Of a stretch of DNA of 64,000 nucleotides, positions 14,845 through 27,300 are shown in pieces. The notes below the pieces were generated by a model. That model did no database searches, was not told the origin of the DNA, and saw only the letters and a program-made list of their open reading frames with translations. Every line of letters begins with the position of its first letter. Within the stretch, counting starts at the first letter, position 1. The DNA lies in NCBI RefSeq assembly GCF_009834535.1, contig NC_045696.1:80106001-80170000 (forward strand). Reading direction: 5' to 3'. This stretch comes from Camelus ferus. Taxonomy: Eukaryota. Position numbers and translations under genes: made by a program.

Positions 14845-15565
14845 AGCGGCAGAGTTGAGTGGTAAAGCACATGAGCATGAGGGCCAGACTCCATGGGCTC
14901 AAATCCCAGCCATACCTCCCACTAGCTGGGTGACTTGGGTCAAGCATTTCATCTTTCAATGCCTTTGTTTTCAGAATAATAAGAGTATACTACTCAGCCA
15001 TAAAAACCGACAACATAATGCCATTTGCAGCAACATGGATGCTCCTGGAGAATGTCATTCTAAGTGAAGTAAGCCAGAAAGAGAAAGAAAAATACCATAT
15101 GAGATCGCTCATATGTGGAATCTAAAAAACAAAAACAAAAACAAACAAACAAAAACAAAGCGTAAATACAGGACAGAAATAGACTCACAGACAGAGACTA
15201 CAGACTTGTGGTTACCAGGGGGTGGAGGGTGGGAAGGGATAGCCTGGGATTTCAAAATTGTAGAATAGATAAACAAGATTACACTGTATAGCACAGGGAA
15301 ATATACACAAAATGTTATGATAACTCACAGAGAAAAAAATGTGACAGTGAGTGTGTATATGTCCATGAATGACTGAAAAATTGTGCTGAACACTGGAATT
15401 TGACACATTGTAAAATGATTATAAATCAATAAAAAATGTTTAAATAAAAGAATAATAAGAGTGCCTACTTCATAGGAATTGTGAAGACTAAATGAGTTAA
15501 TACATTCAAAGTGTTAACCTGGCTTGTAGCAAGTGTTCTTTGCATGTTAGTTGTTATTGTTTATT
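14845..15565 (+). repeat. MIR SINE split by the L1 insertion
   Basis: The MIR 5' half (agtggtaaagcac...ggctcaaatcccagc...ctagctgggtgacttggg) lies before the TSD. The 3' half (gtgcctacttcataggaattgtgaagactaaatgagttaatac) resumes after it. Confidence 0.8.
14987..15448 (+). mobile_element. 5'-truncated, relatively young L1 (3' end) with a 14-bp TSD, inserted into a MIR
   Basis: L1 3' text (tactactcagccataaaaa...gccatttgcagcaacatggatg...ctaagtgaagtaagccag) ends in an A-rich tail. The exact TSD AGAATAATAAGAGT is at 14973-14986 and 15449-15462. Confidence 0.92.
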
Positions 15566-16689
15566 TATTGTTTGGCTCTCCTTTCTGTACCTTCCTTACT
15601 CTCATCCCACTACCATCACCACCAAGCATGTAAAATCAAAAAGAGCAGAGAGCTTACTGCCTTGCCCCGACTCCTTTATTTCCTAATGTGAACCAGGTAT
15701 ATTTGTTGAATGAATGAGGTATTAGAATTGGGTGTTTAAATATATCTCAAATTAGTTCCATTTTCTAAAACTCTCAGATCTACAGAAGAAGCAATGAGAA
15801 TTATAGTGGTTTCTTTGTTTTTCTGTTTCTATCTCTTAATGCCCTGCTTAAGGGATACTGCATAGCACTGGGAGGCAGGAGAAATAAACATTGGTTCCAT
15901 CACTTACAAACTAGAAGATCATAAACAAGTTGCTCTGGGCCTCAAAAGGCTCATAAACTGAGCTTGTTATTACTGGCTGAAGATAGAGGGATGGGTCCAG
16001 TATGGGGAGTTTTGTTGTTGGTTTGTTAGTTTGGTCATCAGCTCCAAGATCTATGATTTTATGAATACAACCAAATTCAGAAAGAAAATATTGAAGTATA
16101 CAAGGTAAAATTTTGAATTATTGTACAAATTACCTGAAAGCAAATTATGCTAATCAATCCAGTTGTCTGCTTGGTTTCTATCTCTGGGATTATTTCTAGT
16201 CACCCATAATGATTAGCTTCTAACTTTATGCACATACATTCACCTACAAACATATGCATCTCTTTCTGTTTAGAGTTATATGCTTAACTAGTAACTGCAA
16301 AAAAAAAAAAAAAGATATACAATGATGATCTCAAACTTGAATGCTTGAAACATCATTGAAGCGTACCCTTCATATAAATGTTTTCTTCCAAACTTTGAAT
16401 AGGAAACCAGCTTCCTTCCAATAATCTAATTTTAAGTCCTGAATTTATGACTATCTCTCTACTTTGGATTAGATTAAATTTAAATTACTATATTAAGGTG
16501 CAAAATTTTATGTACCAGGTGTTTTAAGGCCTTAATAAGTTTGGAGTTCTCTAAGCAGTTCTTCCAATTTTTTCCTTCTGGATCTCTGGTTGTAATTCTG
16601 CTGGTGATGTTCTTTCTTGCACTCTATATCCACCCTTGCCCCCATGTTTTATAGATATTCTGGTTTCAAATGCTTTTTCTGCTACCATT

Positions 16690-17060
16690 GAGACACTGAA
16701 AGAATTTTTTGAGTGGTGTTTCCACATTTATTTACATTAGTATAGATTCCTAGGTATTTATTTTATCCAATGGTTTATAATCCATCATTATTAATTATTT
16801 TGATGTTAAAACTATCCCAGCTTTAGCCATTGGGAGACCCCTCAAGCTGCCACCTGTGTCCTTCTGAACAGTTCCCATCATTTTTGAGCATTTCCTTATC
16901 TTCCAGCACAACAGGTTCATCTTGTATTTTACCTGCCCCAGACAGCCCTGTAACCAGCCTTTTCTCCAAGGAGCCATGACAAAGAGTTGTGGTTCCTTTT
17001 ATTGGAGAATGAGATGGGAAACCAAGATTTGGGTGCTAGGTGTACTACTGGCTTGTCATT
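16690..17060 (-). repeat. Old L1 (L1MC-type) 3' UTR fragment just upstream of the promoter
   Basis: ttattttgatgttaaaactatcccagctttagccattgggag...ttctccaaggagcc...gaaaccaagatttgggtgctaggtgt is typical L1MC 3' UTR text. Confidence 0.65.
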
Positions 17061-17169
17061 GCTTGAGCTGTAAGAATTTATTCTCTTCTCTCACCACATA
17101 TCAGCTAGAATTTACAGTCCTTTGCAAATATAGCTGTAGAAGACAGCTACTTTTAAATTATCTTTCTCA

Positions 17170-17574
17170 TATCTGACTCCCATTTTGAGTCAGAACAGCC
17201 CACGTGGTTTGGACAGACAGAAACTCATTACACTGAAACTGTTCCGGGCGTGTTTCCCTTTGGGAATCTTCTGGAGGGAGCCCTTGGTCACAGGCATGCA
17301 ATACAGATCCGTGTCCTCCAGAGTCCGCTATGCTGCGCCTAGCGCAGCCCCGGAGCTTTCTCAAACCTGGAGTGACCGTAACAGTTTGCCAGGACACCGT
17401 AGAGGGGGCACGTCAGCGCTGCGACTTCCTCCAGACGCCGCCTCTGATTGGCTCCCGGGCATATAAGAAACCGGTGAATGAGCGGCTGGCCCTTGCAGAA
17501 ACTTGCTGGAGGTCTTTGGGTGGCATTGCCCCTTCCTCCTAGTCAGCCCGGCGGGCGAGCGGAGCCGGGGGAGG
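17170..17574 (+). promoter_or_regulatory. NCEH1: NCEH1 CpG-rich promoter and 5' UTR
   Basis: There is a local CpG/GC peak at ~17240-17900. Motifs seen: TATAAG 17462-17467, inverted CCAAT box CTGATTGGCT 17444-17453, ETS-like ACTTCCT 17424-17430, CRE-like GCACGTCA 17408-17415, E-box CACGTG 17201-17206 and AP-1 TGAGTCA 17186-17192. The TSS itself cannot be read from sequence. Confidence 0.8.
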
Positions 17575-17712
17575 ATGAGGTCGTCCTGTGTCCTGCTCAC
17601 CGCTTTGGTGGCGCTGGCCGCCTATTATATCTACATCCCCTTGCCCAGCTCCGTGTCCGATCCCTGGAAGCTGATGCTGCTGGACGCCACTTTCCGGAGC
17701 GCACAGCAAGTG
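17575..17712 (+). CDS. NCEH1: NCEH1 coding exon 1 (N-terminal signal-anchor segment)
   Basis: ATG at 17575 opens [46 protein letters not shown], which matches the mammalian NCEH1 N-terminus. A phase-0 donor GTG|GTGAGA follows at 17713, and the exon sits in a CpG-rich promoter. Confidence 0.97.
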
Positions 17713-20254
17713 GTGAGATGTGCTGATTCTCATTCCTTCTTCTTAAGCAATATTTAAAGGGGAAACAGAATTGCCGAACCTTGTCCCACGAGAATGCATA
17801 TTTTTCTAACGCAGTGAGGCGATCGCTTTTTAAGGTGGTTCAGGCTGGCATTTTCAGGGTGTCGCATTCGCCTCCTTGCTACCAGCGGGCTAGATCTGTG
17901 TCTCTTCTTCTGTGTTGGTAACGGAGAAGGTGAAGTTCTTGAATAGATTTTGACTGTTTAATCCTTCATCTTTTCAAAATGTCCCCCACTTTCTTGGTTT
18001 GCTACGTCAAAAACCAATTTTGCAGCATTTTATAAACCACCCCTCCCCCAGTTTTGCTCTTCTATAGGGGGCGGCAGAGAGTGAGTTAAATGTTATAGGA
18101 AGGCTCCTGGGAAAAACAGGTTCTGGTTCCTGACAATGCAGCCACCTTAAAAGCAGACAGGGACACGGGTGATCTCCCACGGTCCCCAGCGGCAGTGGTA
18201 CTGTCCATTCGCAGGGGCAGCAGGCAGGGCTCATCCAAGCACTTGGGGAACAGCACCAGTCTCACAGCTGACGTGTGGTACTCAGCAACTCAGTCCAAGA
18301 AAGGAGGCCAAGGGGCCTAGCTATCTGGAGAAGAGGCCAGGGAGGTGGTGGCAGCCGGTATTTGCATGATGCATTTGTTTTCTGCCTGCCCTGCAGCATC
18401 TAGTTTATGTCTTTGTGGAGGAGATAACCTTTGCCTGAACCAGGATATCTTCGCTTACACTGGCAGGGTAACATTTCTCTCTACTGTATCATGGTCTTGT
18501 ATCTTTTTAACCTCACAGACAGGAAAATGTAACTCTCTGGTTTATTCTATGTAAGAGGCATTATTTTTAGTGCCAGACAATCTAAAAATCTAAACTACAG
18601 TCTGTAGTCAAGGTTGAGTCCTGGACTACAGCCTGCTCTACCTAATTCCTAACCCACCTAGCAAACTAAGTCTCCTCCCTTTCCCCAACCATGGGCTTTA
18701 ATCTCAGGTTATTTTTGTAAACTTCTTTCAGAAATGACAACTAAAGAGAGAGAAAAAAAAACTCATAATTTTCCCAGAGGGTAAATTTCCTTTTCCCTGT
18801 CCTTCCTAATTGTGTGTAGTCTCTGAGGCTGTGTCCTATCAAAAAGCCCCTTGTCTAGGGTACTATACCACATTCGTAGGAGGACTTGCTTTTCTTGAGT
18901 CCAGCCACTTTCTCCACCCCCAAGTCCCCTGTTGTCTTTTAGCTATAGAGCCTCTTCCTTCCCTTCTGCTTACTATAATGTTGACATGGGCGAAGAATGA
19001 CCATCCCCTTCTCTAGTATTGGTTCCAAGAAAGACAGTCTTCATGTAGGAGGCCCTACAGTCTCTCCCTTCCTCTAGAAATGTTGTAACTGGGGAGTAAC
19101 ACCCTTTAAAGATTCTGGGATACAGTGGTATTAACCTGGATGGCTTAAATGGCCTTCTACAATAAAAAGAGTAGTGACTAATAATAAGAATAAGAAAAAC
19201 AGAAAAAAAGAATCAAACTACTATATTGGTCACAGAGATTATTCTTACTTTTCTGGTCACCAAGGAAATCTTCTCTATCAAATAATCTAGGAAAAGCCAG
19301 GCCTGGAAAAAAGCCTTTCTTCCCCAGTGAGGCCCCAATCCATTAAGGCATTTGGGCCCTATGGACCTCTGCAGAATGTGCCCTCAGCTGGTGTTTGGGA
19401 ATGATAACATGTGTAACGCCAGGTCACAGAGATGGGGAAGATAACAGAGTGTCCTCGCTTACCACTGTGACTTAGGAGTAGGTTTGTACAGAAGTGGCTC
19501 TCATCACTTGTCTTCTGAATTGTAAAATATCAGAAAGATCATTCAGACCACAAGGAAGCATATTCTATCCAGGAAAGCAGTTTATTAATGTCACTTCAGA
19601 TTGTCCTGGGGAAAAGTCAATGTGGCTTGACACAAGTTAGTAAATAGAGCATAACTGTTAGAGTCATGCTTCCCTGAATGCCACCTCAGCCACACCATTT
19701 ACTAACCTCTGATTCTCAGTTTTCCTGATAAAACAGGGCTAGTGGCTACCATTAAGGTTGCTGTGAGGTTTGGTAATGTATTTAAATGGCTGGAACTGGT
19801 TGTAGTTATTCTTCTAAGAGTTGTCCCAAAGGGCCACTGTGGATTGTGGGGAGAATCTGTGGTGTTGCTCAATTTTGTTGAAATGATAAAAGAAATGTAA
19901 ATTGGAAGTTGCTTTTATCTCATTGGTACCTAGAGAATTACCACTGAATCGCATAGCAAAAAGTTTGTTACCCAGATTATTTTAGTTTGAGTTGATTGGG
20001 TCAGTTATAGAAGGAACTGGAAGCTTCTTCAAAGGTGAAGCTCGGCCTCCTTCCTAACACAGCAGACACCTGCCTAGCATCAAGAAATATGAATGCTACT
20101 TTTATTCTGTTGTCAATGGCAAATGCTTCACTTCTTGCTGCCCCTTCTTATCTCCTTTATCTTGTGCAGATGAGTCAGATAACTGAGATTATGTTCATTG
20201 TACTTTTCTTCCTTGAGGTCCTCCAATATTACCTAAGAAGAAGCTACTCAGGGT

Positions 20255-20440
20255 CTTCCTCAAGTCATCTCAAACACAGATGCCACATTAGAGCCACCTA
20301 GGGAGCCTTCAAAAGTCCTGATGCCCATGTCATACCATATGCCAAATTTATTCAGAATGTCTAGGAGGTGAGTCCCAGGCAGTAGTATTTTTAAAAGCTC
20401 CCAACATGATATCAATGTGCAGCCAAATTTGAGAACACAC
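20255..20440. mobile_element. MER5-like hAT-Charlie MITE (similar copies at ~43895-44045, ~50050-50220 and ~62975-63145)
   Basis: ...tcagaatgtctaggaggtgagtcccaggcagtagtatttttaaaagctcccaacatgatatcaatgtgcagccaaatttgagaac is MER5A-like. Confidence 0.65.
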
Positions 20441-22969
20441 TGCTGATGTAGAGAATGTATTTTCCTTAAACTGCTCGTTATATTGCATACTTGTTGCTAG
20501 AAATGAGCCCCTTTACATTAGAATGGATTAGTTTACCAGATTAGTCAGTTGATACTTTAGTTCTAAGAGCCTAAGGGGATAAAATACTACCTAAGCAACT
20601 TTCAGTGTTACAGCAAAGCCAACATGAGACTTAAGTAGAAAAGCACAAACAAAAGTAGGTCTGGGAAGTGCAGTGGAGAGTGGTTTAGATGTAGATTCGG
20701 CAGCAGGAGACTAGAGGAACAAAAGGAGGGAGTCTGGGGCAAGTTCTGAAGACATTTCAAAATGCTATGCAAACCAAGATCTTTTTAAAAAAGGTAATCC
20801 CAGTATGGGTGGAGATACTGAGAAGTGTACACTGCTGAAGAAAATGTCAATTATCACAACTTTTTTGAAGACAGTTTGACATCGGAAGCTGTAGAAGCAT
20901 ATTTATTCTTTGACCCAGCAATCCCTCTGGATGGATTTATTTTAGGTGATCATGGATATAGATAAAGCTGTAGCTATAGAGATGGAAACATTTCACAGGT
21001 TCAAAAATCTTTTTTAACTAGTCCAAAAGCACTACCATCTATGAGAAATATGAAGGAACTTCCACCAACCTTTCTTTCTTTTTTTGCAGCATTATTTAAA
21101 AGAATGAAAACTTAAGAACAGTAAGAGGTTACGTAAATTATTGTAAACTTATATTTTGGAAAATGCAGTCAAAAATTTAGGTTGTAAAAATAATGTTTAA
21201 TAGTCTACAAATGATTTGTACTGTGCATTGAGTGGAAAAATGCTACAAAACAGCATATATGCTGTTGTCCCATTTAAAATATCTATATATCAAAACATAA
21301 TAGCTATGTATATCTATATGTGTATGTATAGAAAAAGCAAAATAATATAATTTAAAATATAGTGATTTTTTTTTTCTGGGCCATAAGATTGTATCTTCAG
21401 TTTTCCTATCTGTGTAGTTTAGTTTTTCTGCAATGAACATGGAATTATTAAGAAATTATTTAAAAACCTTTTTTGGCAGTAGGTTTTCTACTTCTAAAGT
21501 AGAATTGATGTGTATATGCATGTCAATGTGATTAATATTTTAATATTGTTCTATGAAGAAAATAGATTTCCTTAAAAAGGCATCCTGTATCCTTTGACAG
21601 CTGTCACAGTGGCAGGCTTCAGGCTCAGTCAGTTAGATGTAACACAGATTGAAAGCTTACTATGTGAGTCTGAGCTACAAGAAACTGCAACCTAGTAGAA
21701 TGGAGAAGCCATGTTAATATACAGCTGTTAAAAAGGCAGGAGCTGACAGGTTTTACAGAAAAGGTGCATTTACAGGAGCTCATACGAGGGAGTGGTTACG
21801 CACAGTTCAGATGGGTGATAAAGATGATGACTAGTGGTAATAATGGTATCTCAAAGGAATTCAGAGCCAGAGCATGGCTTTTGTCTTATCTGGAACATTT
21901 CCTAACTTACTAGTTCTTGTCCTATGTATCTTTTCAACAACGTAATGTGAAAGAGAGGTTACTGAAACTGGTATTTTTGCTGAATGTTCCCCCTATTCCT
22001 TATAAATAGTGCTTTTGGACTAGTGGAGCTAGGTTTTTCATCCTACAAAGTGATGTGAAATCTAACGTGATCTCATCTGAATTCTCTGTGCATGATGTGC
22101 CTTTGGGCTGTGTTGATGTGGTTTAAGTGACAGCTCAGCTGGACACTATGCAGAACTCCAACTTGCTAACCTTTTTCATAACGATTCGTGAACTGGAATG
22201 TTTACTACTGTCAGGTAAATTTAACTTCAACACATTAGTAAATAATAAGTTTGTCTACTGCCTTCTAGATATGCGTTGATATATATTTCCTCATGTAAAT
22301 TAGAGATTTTGCCAAGCATAATAATTTTTACCTGATTTAATGAGATTTTCTTTAAACACCTGGCAGCCAAATGGCTTTAAGACTAGCTTCAGAGAACAGT
22401 ATTTTATCAGTATTAGTTCTGACAGGTGAGCAATATGAGTTGGTTTCTGTAGATAGTACCTCCCAGTGGATCCAATCAAACATTAAGGTCAGACTGATCT
22501 AGCTACAAGTGTGTAAGACAATGCCTAATTTATAGTTCTCCTTTTTACTTTTCCTAGAACTCAACAAATATGGCCCTGAATGCAGAAATGCCATCACTAT
22601 TACTTTATTTTAATGGGACATCCTATTTCTAACATGTGGCTTTGTGCTTGATGTGAAAACATTTCTGGGAGGTGTGAAAGTATAATAATCATTCTTAAAC
22701 ATTCTATTAATACGCACTTACATCTTTTAAATTTGTGAGCATATCTTTACTTCTACTGCCAAATAAAGCTACATGGGAACTATCTACCACTTCTTTTCTC
22801 CTTCATTTATGTTTATAAAGAATTAAAATGTAATTAAATTTCCAAGTGGCAAACCTAGCTATATTCTCTACCTAATCAAAGATGTGTCATACTATGAAAT
22901 TTTAACAATCTATCTTTCAGTGTTTCCAAAATAAAATTAAAATTCTACCATTTGGAAATCATCATTAAT

Positions 22970-24300
22970 TCAATGACTATTAACTGAACACCAGTGCTGG
23001 GAGCTGGTGAAACAGGATAAGACATAAACCTAATCTTGAAGAGTTTATAGTCTAGTGAAGGGAGATAAACCTACTGCAGTTACAGAGTGTGCACTTGAAT
23101 GATAGAAAGGTTGTGATAGAGGCATATATGGGTTGCTATAGGAGGCTTAAAAAGGACATCATCTAGACCTGGGCATTAGGAACTGTTTTCCTTTCACATT
23201 GACATCTACTCTGAATTATCAAGCTTGACTGTTTACAGTTAAAAAAAAATCTATTAAGCATATACTGAGCATTTACTCTGTGCCAGAGATGGTGCTATGT
23301 GCTTTTCATGCAATTCATTCAGTCCATGCTATAATTCTATGAGGTGGGTGTATTTCTTTTCCTTATCTTACAAAGGAGGAAACTGAAATCCAAAGAAAAG
23401 TAAATTGCTCACAATAGCAAAGTTTATTGTGGAGGTGGAGTCACACTACTACTCCAGCCTTACTGTGAGCTCAAGAGCTTCACCACTGTGCGTGGCTGAC
23501 TTTCCATAAGAGCTAGTTGAGTGAAAGAGGTGGGGGGAGAAGAGGATGAGAAAGGAGGGTGTAAAAGGCATTCCAGCCAAAGGGGATGTTCCAATGGGAG
23601 AGGATGGTACAAGCAAAGGCACTAAAGTGGTTCAAAGTGGCTGGAGCATAAAGCTCAGAAGTCAGAGAGATGAGGTAGGAAGGAAGCACAGGCCAAATAA
23701 TGAAGGGCCCAATGGGCCAAGAAAGGAGCCACTGAAAGATTTTTAGCAGGGAAATCACGTGGTCAGACCTGTGTCTGAGTATAGTCTTTCTCAGTGGCAG
23801 TGTAGAGACTAGAGTGTAAGAATGCAAATCAGGGCCAGAGACCACCTGGGAAGCAATTATCCAGGTGAGAGGTGAGATATGAAGTAATAAAATGGACAGG
23901 TTTAGAGTCAAGCTGACAGAGCTGCTGATGGAGGGGATAATATGGAGTGAAGGAGTCAAAGATGACTCCTAGGACAGACCCTGGAGTAACTGGGTTGCTG
24001 GTGATGATGACCCTAATTAGGAAAAGGAGCAGATCTGGGGGTGGAGGTAACAGGGTTTGGGACCTTGCTTTAAAGTGTCCGTGGGAGTGGTTTAAGGATA
24101 GCTGTTCGTAAATAGTTTGCACATACAAGACTAGGGCTTGGGAGAGAGAGAGACAGACAGCTGAGCTTCAGATAAGGATTTGGGAAAGGTCAGTGAACCT
24201 GATGGTGTGGGAGTAGTGGGAATGAATGTGTATGGAGGGAGGGGAGGATTGGGGGATCCTACCAGGGAAAGCCCAGGGGGTCACCAGGGAGAAGAACAAC
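22970..24300 (-). repeat. L2 fragment with an inserted MIR (~23250-23490)
   Basis: Purine-rich antisense L2 text is present (ggagccactgaaagatttttagcaggga, gaaggagtcaaagatgactcctagg), and the MIR core reads acaaaggaggaaactgaaatcc. This explains the 148-aa and 99-aa minus-strand ORFs here. Confidence 0.65.
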
Positions 24301-27300
24301 AGGCTAGCCCTAAGAGAAATGAGACCCTAAGGAACAATTTTTTTTTTATTATACCTTACAGTTATATTGCACTCTAGGTTTTACAAAGGGTTTTAGTTAC
24401 CTCATCTCATTTTATTTTTGCAATAAATGACTGGCTGGCATTAGTTTTTTTCCATTTGTCAAGTGAGGAAACAGGTTCAGAAAGGGTCAATGATATCCCC
24501 AAGATCACATGATTAGTTATACTGGTAAAACAGAGACTAGAATAAAAATTTCTGAACTTAGTTTCGTGTTCTCACTGCCAGGCCAGGGTGACATGAAAAC
24601 AAAGTCCTCCATGACGGAGTTGCCCCTTTTTGTCCCTGGTGCTGTCTCTCTGACAGGCCCCTCATGGCTGTGGCCGTGCATGTCAGAGTGCTCATGATAA
24701 CTTTGTCCCGAATACACTGTATCCTGACTTTTGAGCTCTCACTGTTAAATTAATCTCCACTAGTGTTTCCCAATCTTTTTTCATGTCAGAGGCTTGATGA
24801 CATTTGTAAAGTTTGCCAGGGGAAACTAGAAGAAATACCAGCGGGGAATCTAAGGGCTTGAGTGATCGAATTCACAAGATTTATAAAGAGAATTATATAA
24901 ATGGTTCTCAAATAGAATGCCAAATCTGATAAATTTTGAATAGTTTTAAAAAATGGTTTTAAGTTCTTACCTCTATAAAACACCTAACTATCAATATCCT
25001 ACAGCCCATCTGTAACCCAATAGCGACCTACCTATTGGGAAGTTCTCCTCTCTATAGTTTGTAACTACTTGAATACATGTTTTTTTTATTGTTATTTCTA
25101 TTAAGCACAGAGAGATAGTCCCCAGGTTACATAGACCTAGGTAGCCATATAATTTATTAGCCAAACCATGACATTTTTGAGAGTGATATGGGCTGCTATT
25201 AATAATCATGCCAGGACAACCCTTTTAAACCAGAACAATGTCCAGATAAATCTGGATATATGCTTAGCGTACATTTATTTGACTTGCATTGATCAGGAGA
25301 ATCAACTCAAAGTTGTAGAATGATCTCTGTGCTCCCTGTTCTGCTCAAATTTGACTGTTAACCCTCCAGTGAACACCGTCCCCCACCCCACCATCACCCC
25401 GAGACCGAATTTCTGTTCCCTAGGATAGTGGCAGAGTAAAAGTACTAAGTTCCTTAGCCAGCACTTAGGGCCTGCTACAACCTGGTACTACTCTGCTGAA
25501 TCTAGCCTCACAGTGTTCCCACGACAATCCTGACACCTTTTCTTCTGTTGTCTCCTCTGCCTCACATGCCCTCCAGCCTTCTCACTTTAGCCAACATCCC
25601 ACACATCTTTCAACACCTACTCAAAAATCATTTCTTTTGGAAACGTCTCCCTTTTCCTCAACCTTAATTTCTCTCTCCTTTACACTCTACTAGCACTTTG
25701 TTTTTCTTTTATGGCCCTTGTTTCTTTCCTTATGTTGATATTTCTTTATGTACAAGCTTCCCACCAAATCATAAGCTTTTTCACCTATTATAGACACAAT
25801 TTCCCTCTTAATATTTTAGGATTTTTGTTTTGGAGGATTTTTTAGAGGGAGGGCTTGAAGATCATTCGTGATAGAGAAAATAGGAATTCATGGTTTCGCT
25901 TTCTTTCAGTCCTCCGTGTTACTCCATTTGCCCTAGAGGGCAGACCTAATGCTTTCATGTGCTTCTTTTCTGAATTTTCCAAAAATGGCTTTTTGTTGTC
26001 CTTTGCAACTTTTTTTTGCAAGCCTTGCTGTTTTCTGGGTTTCTAACTTCCTCATAATATTTTTGAAACTTTGTTCTTGTTTTTGTGTTTGTAAAGAATC
26101 ATGTTTCTGTTTCTAGGTAAATAGTTATAATTACAGGCCATCTCCTTAAAAGATCACTGGTGAATTCCCATGTTTATATGGTATCATTCTACCTTTCCCT
26201 TTTCCTCCTGAATGGATAACTGATGAATATCCCATGAGAAATTAATTTGGCTGACATTTGTGCTGCCATTCCCTAATATTGTCCCTGCTCAGGGACTCAA
26301 ATTATATTTTCTTTGACCATTCTGAAGTCTACTTTTCTAAAATGCAACATAATCATTTCACTATTCCTAGTTTATGCATCAGTTCTAAGGTAGGATCACT
26401 CTGTCCCAAAGTTTCAATCACTTCCATTTCATGGCATAGTTCTTCCCTGTTAGAGAAAAGCAAGTCCAGAGCAGCAATAATCCCGACTTCCTTGATTTTC
26501 TTAGCAAGAAAAACCAATTCTGATTTTAAAAGATGATCTGCTTTTAATAGAATAAGATTACTGGCAGATACCTGTATAATAATGGATCCATTTACTGAAT
26601 AATAAACACAGCCATCTTGTGAAATAGTAGATAATGTTCTCATTTAATGAAAAAGGAACTAGAAGCCCAGCAAGGTTGAGTAACTGGTTCACAGACACAG
26701 GAAGGTCTGGAAGGCTGGCTGTGAACCAGGTCTGCTGGACTCCACAGGCCTTTCAACAGTATTCCACAGCCTTGTTTTATGATTGTTCAGTCTCCTCTCC
26801 TCCTCTTCTCACTCCAACCCCTCCATTCTGAAATCTTTTGTGCTGTCAGGTAATCCACGTTAAGAAACCATCACGCAGGAAGGAGCGTGTTATATACTGT
26901 TTACAAATTTTAGTCCTGGAGAGTTGTAGTATATGTTTCATGTTGAAAAGGGTTCCATGGTTAAATAAGATTGGGAAATGCTGAGTTAAACAGAGTTAAT
27001 CAGGATTTCCTTTTTTAACTGTGAAACATTTCAGAATTCCTAGCATACTAACATGTATTTTGAATCTTAAAGAGAGAATATTTAGTGAGCCCCGTATTTA
27101 ATTGTAGATCTTTATTTTGAACTTCATGACACTGATGGTATATTTACCAAATTTAAGGGTCTGTTTTCATAGTGTTTAAGAGCATAGACCTGTGCTCAGA
27201 TCCAGGCTTGAGCTCTACTAGCTGTGTGACCTTGAAGACTGCATTTAACCTATGAGTTTGTTTCCTGATCTAGTAAGTGGTCATGATCCTTAGCCCATGA

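Noticed and set aside
17503..17757. 84-aa ORF extending NCEH1 exon 1 upstream and into the intron
   Set aside because: It begins at a non-ATG codon and reads through the GT donor at 17713. The supported CDS portion is 17575-17712.
23513..24128. 148-aa and 99-aa minus-strand ORFs
   Set aside because: They lie in decayed L2 sequence and are incidental ORFs.
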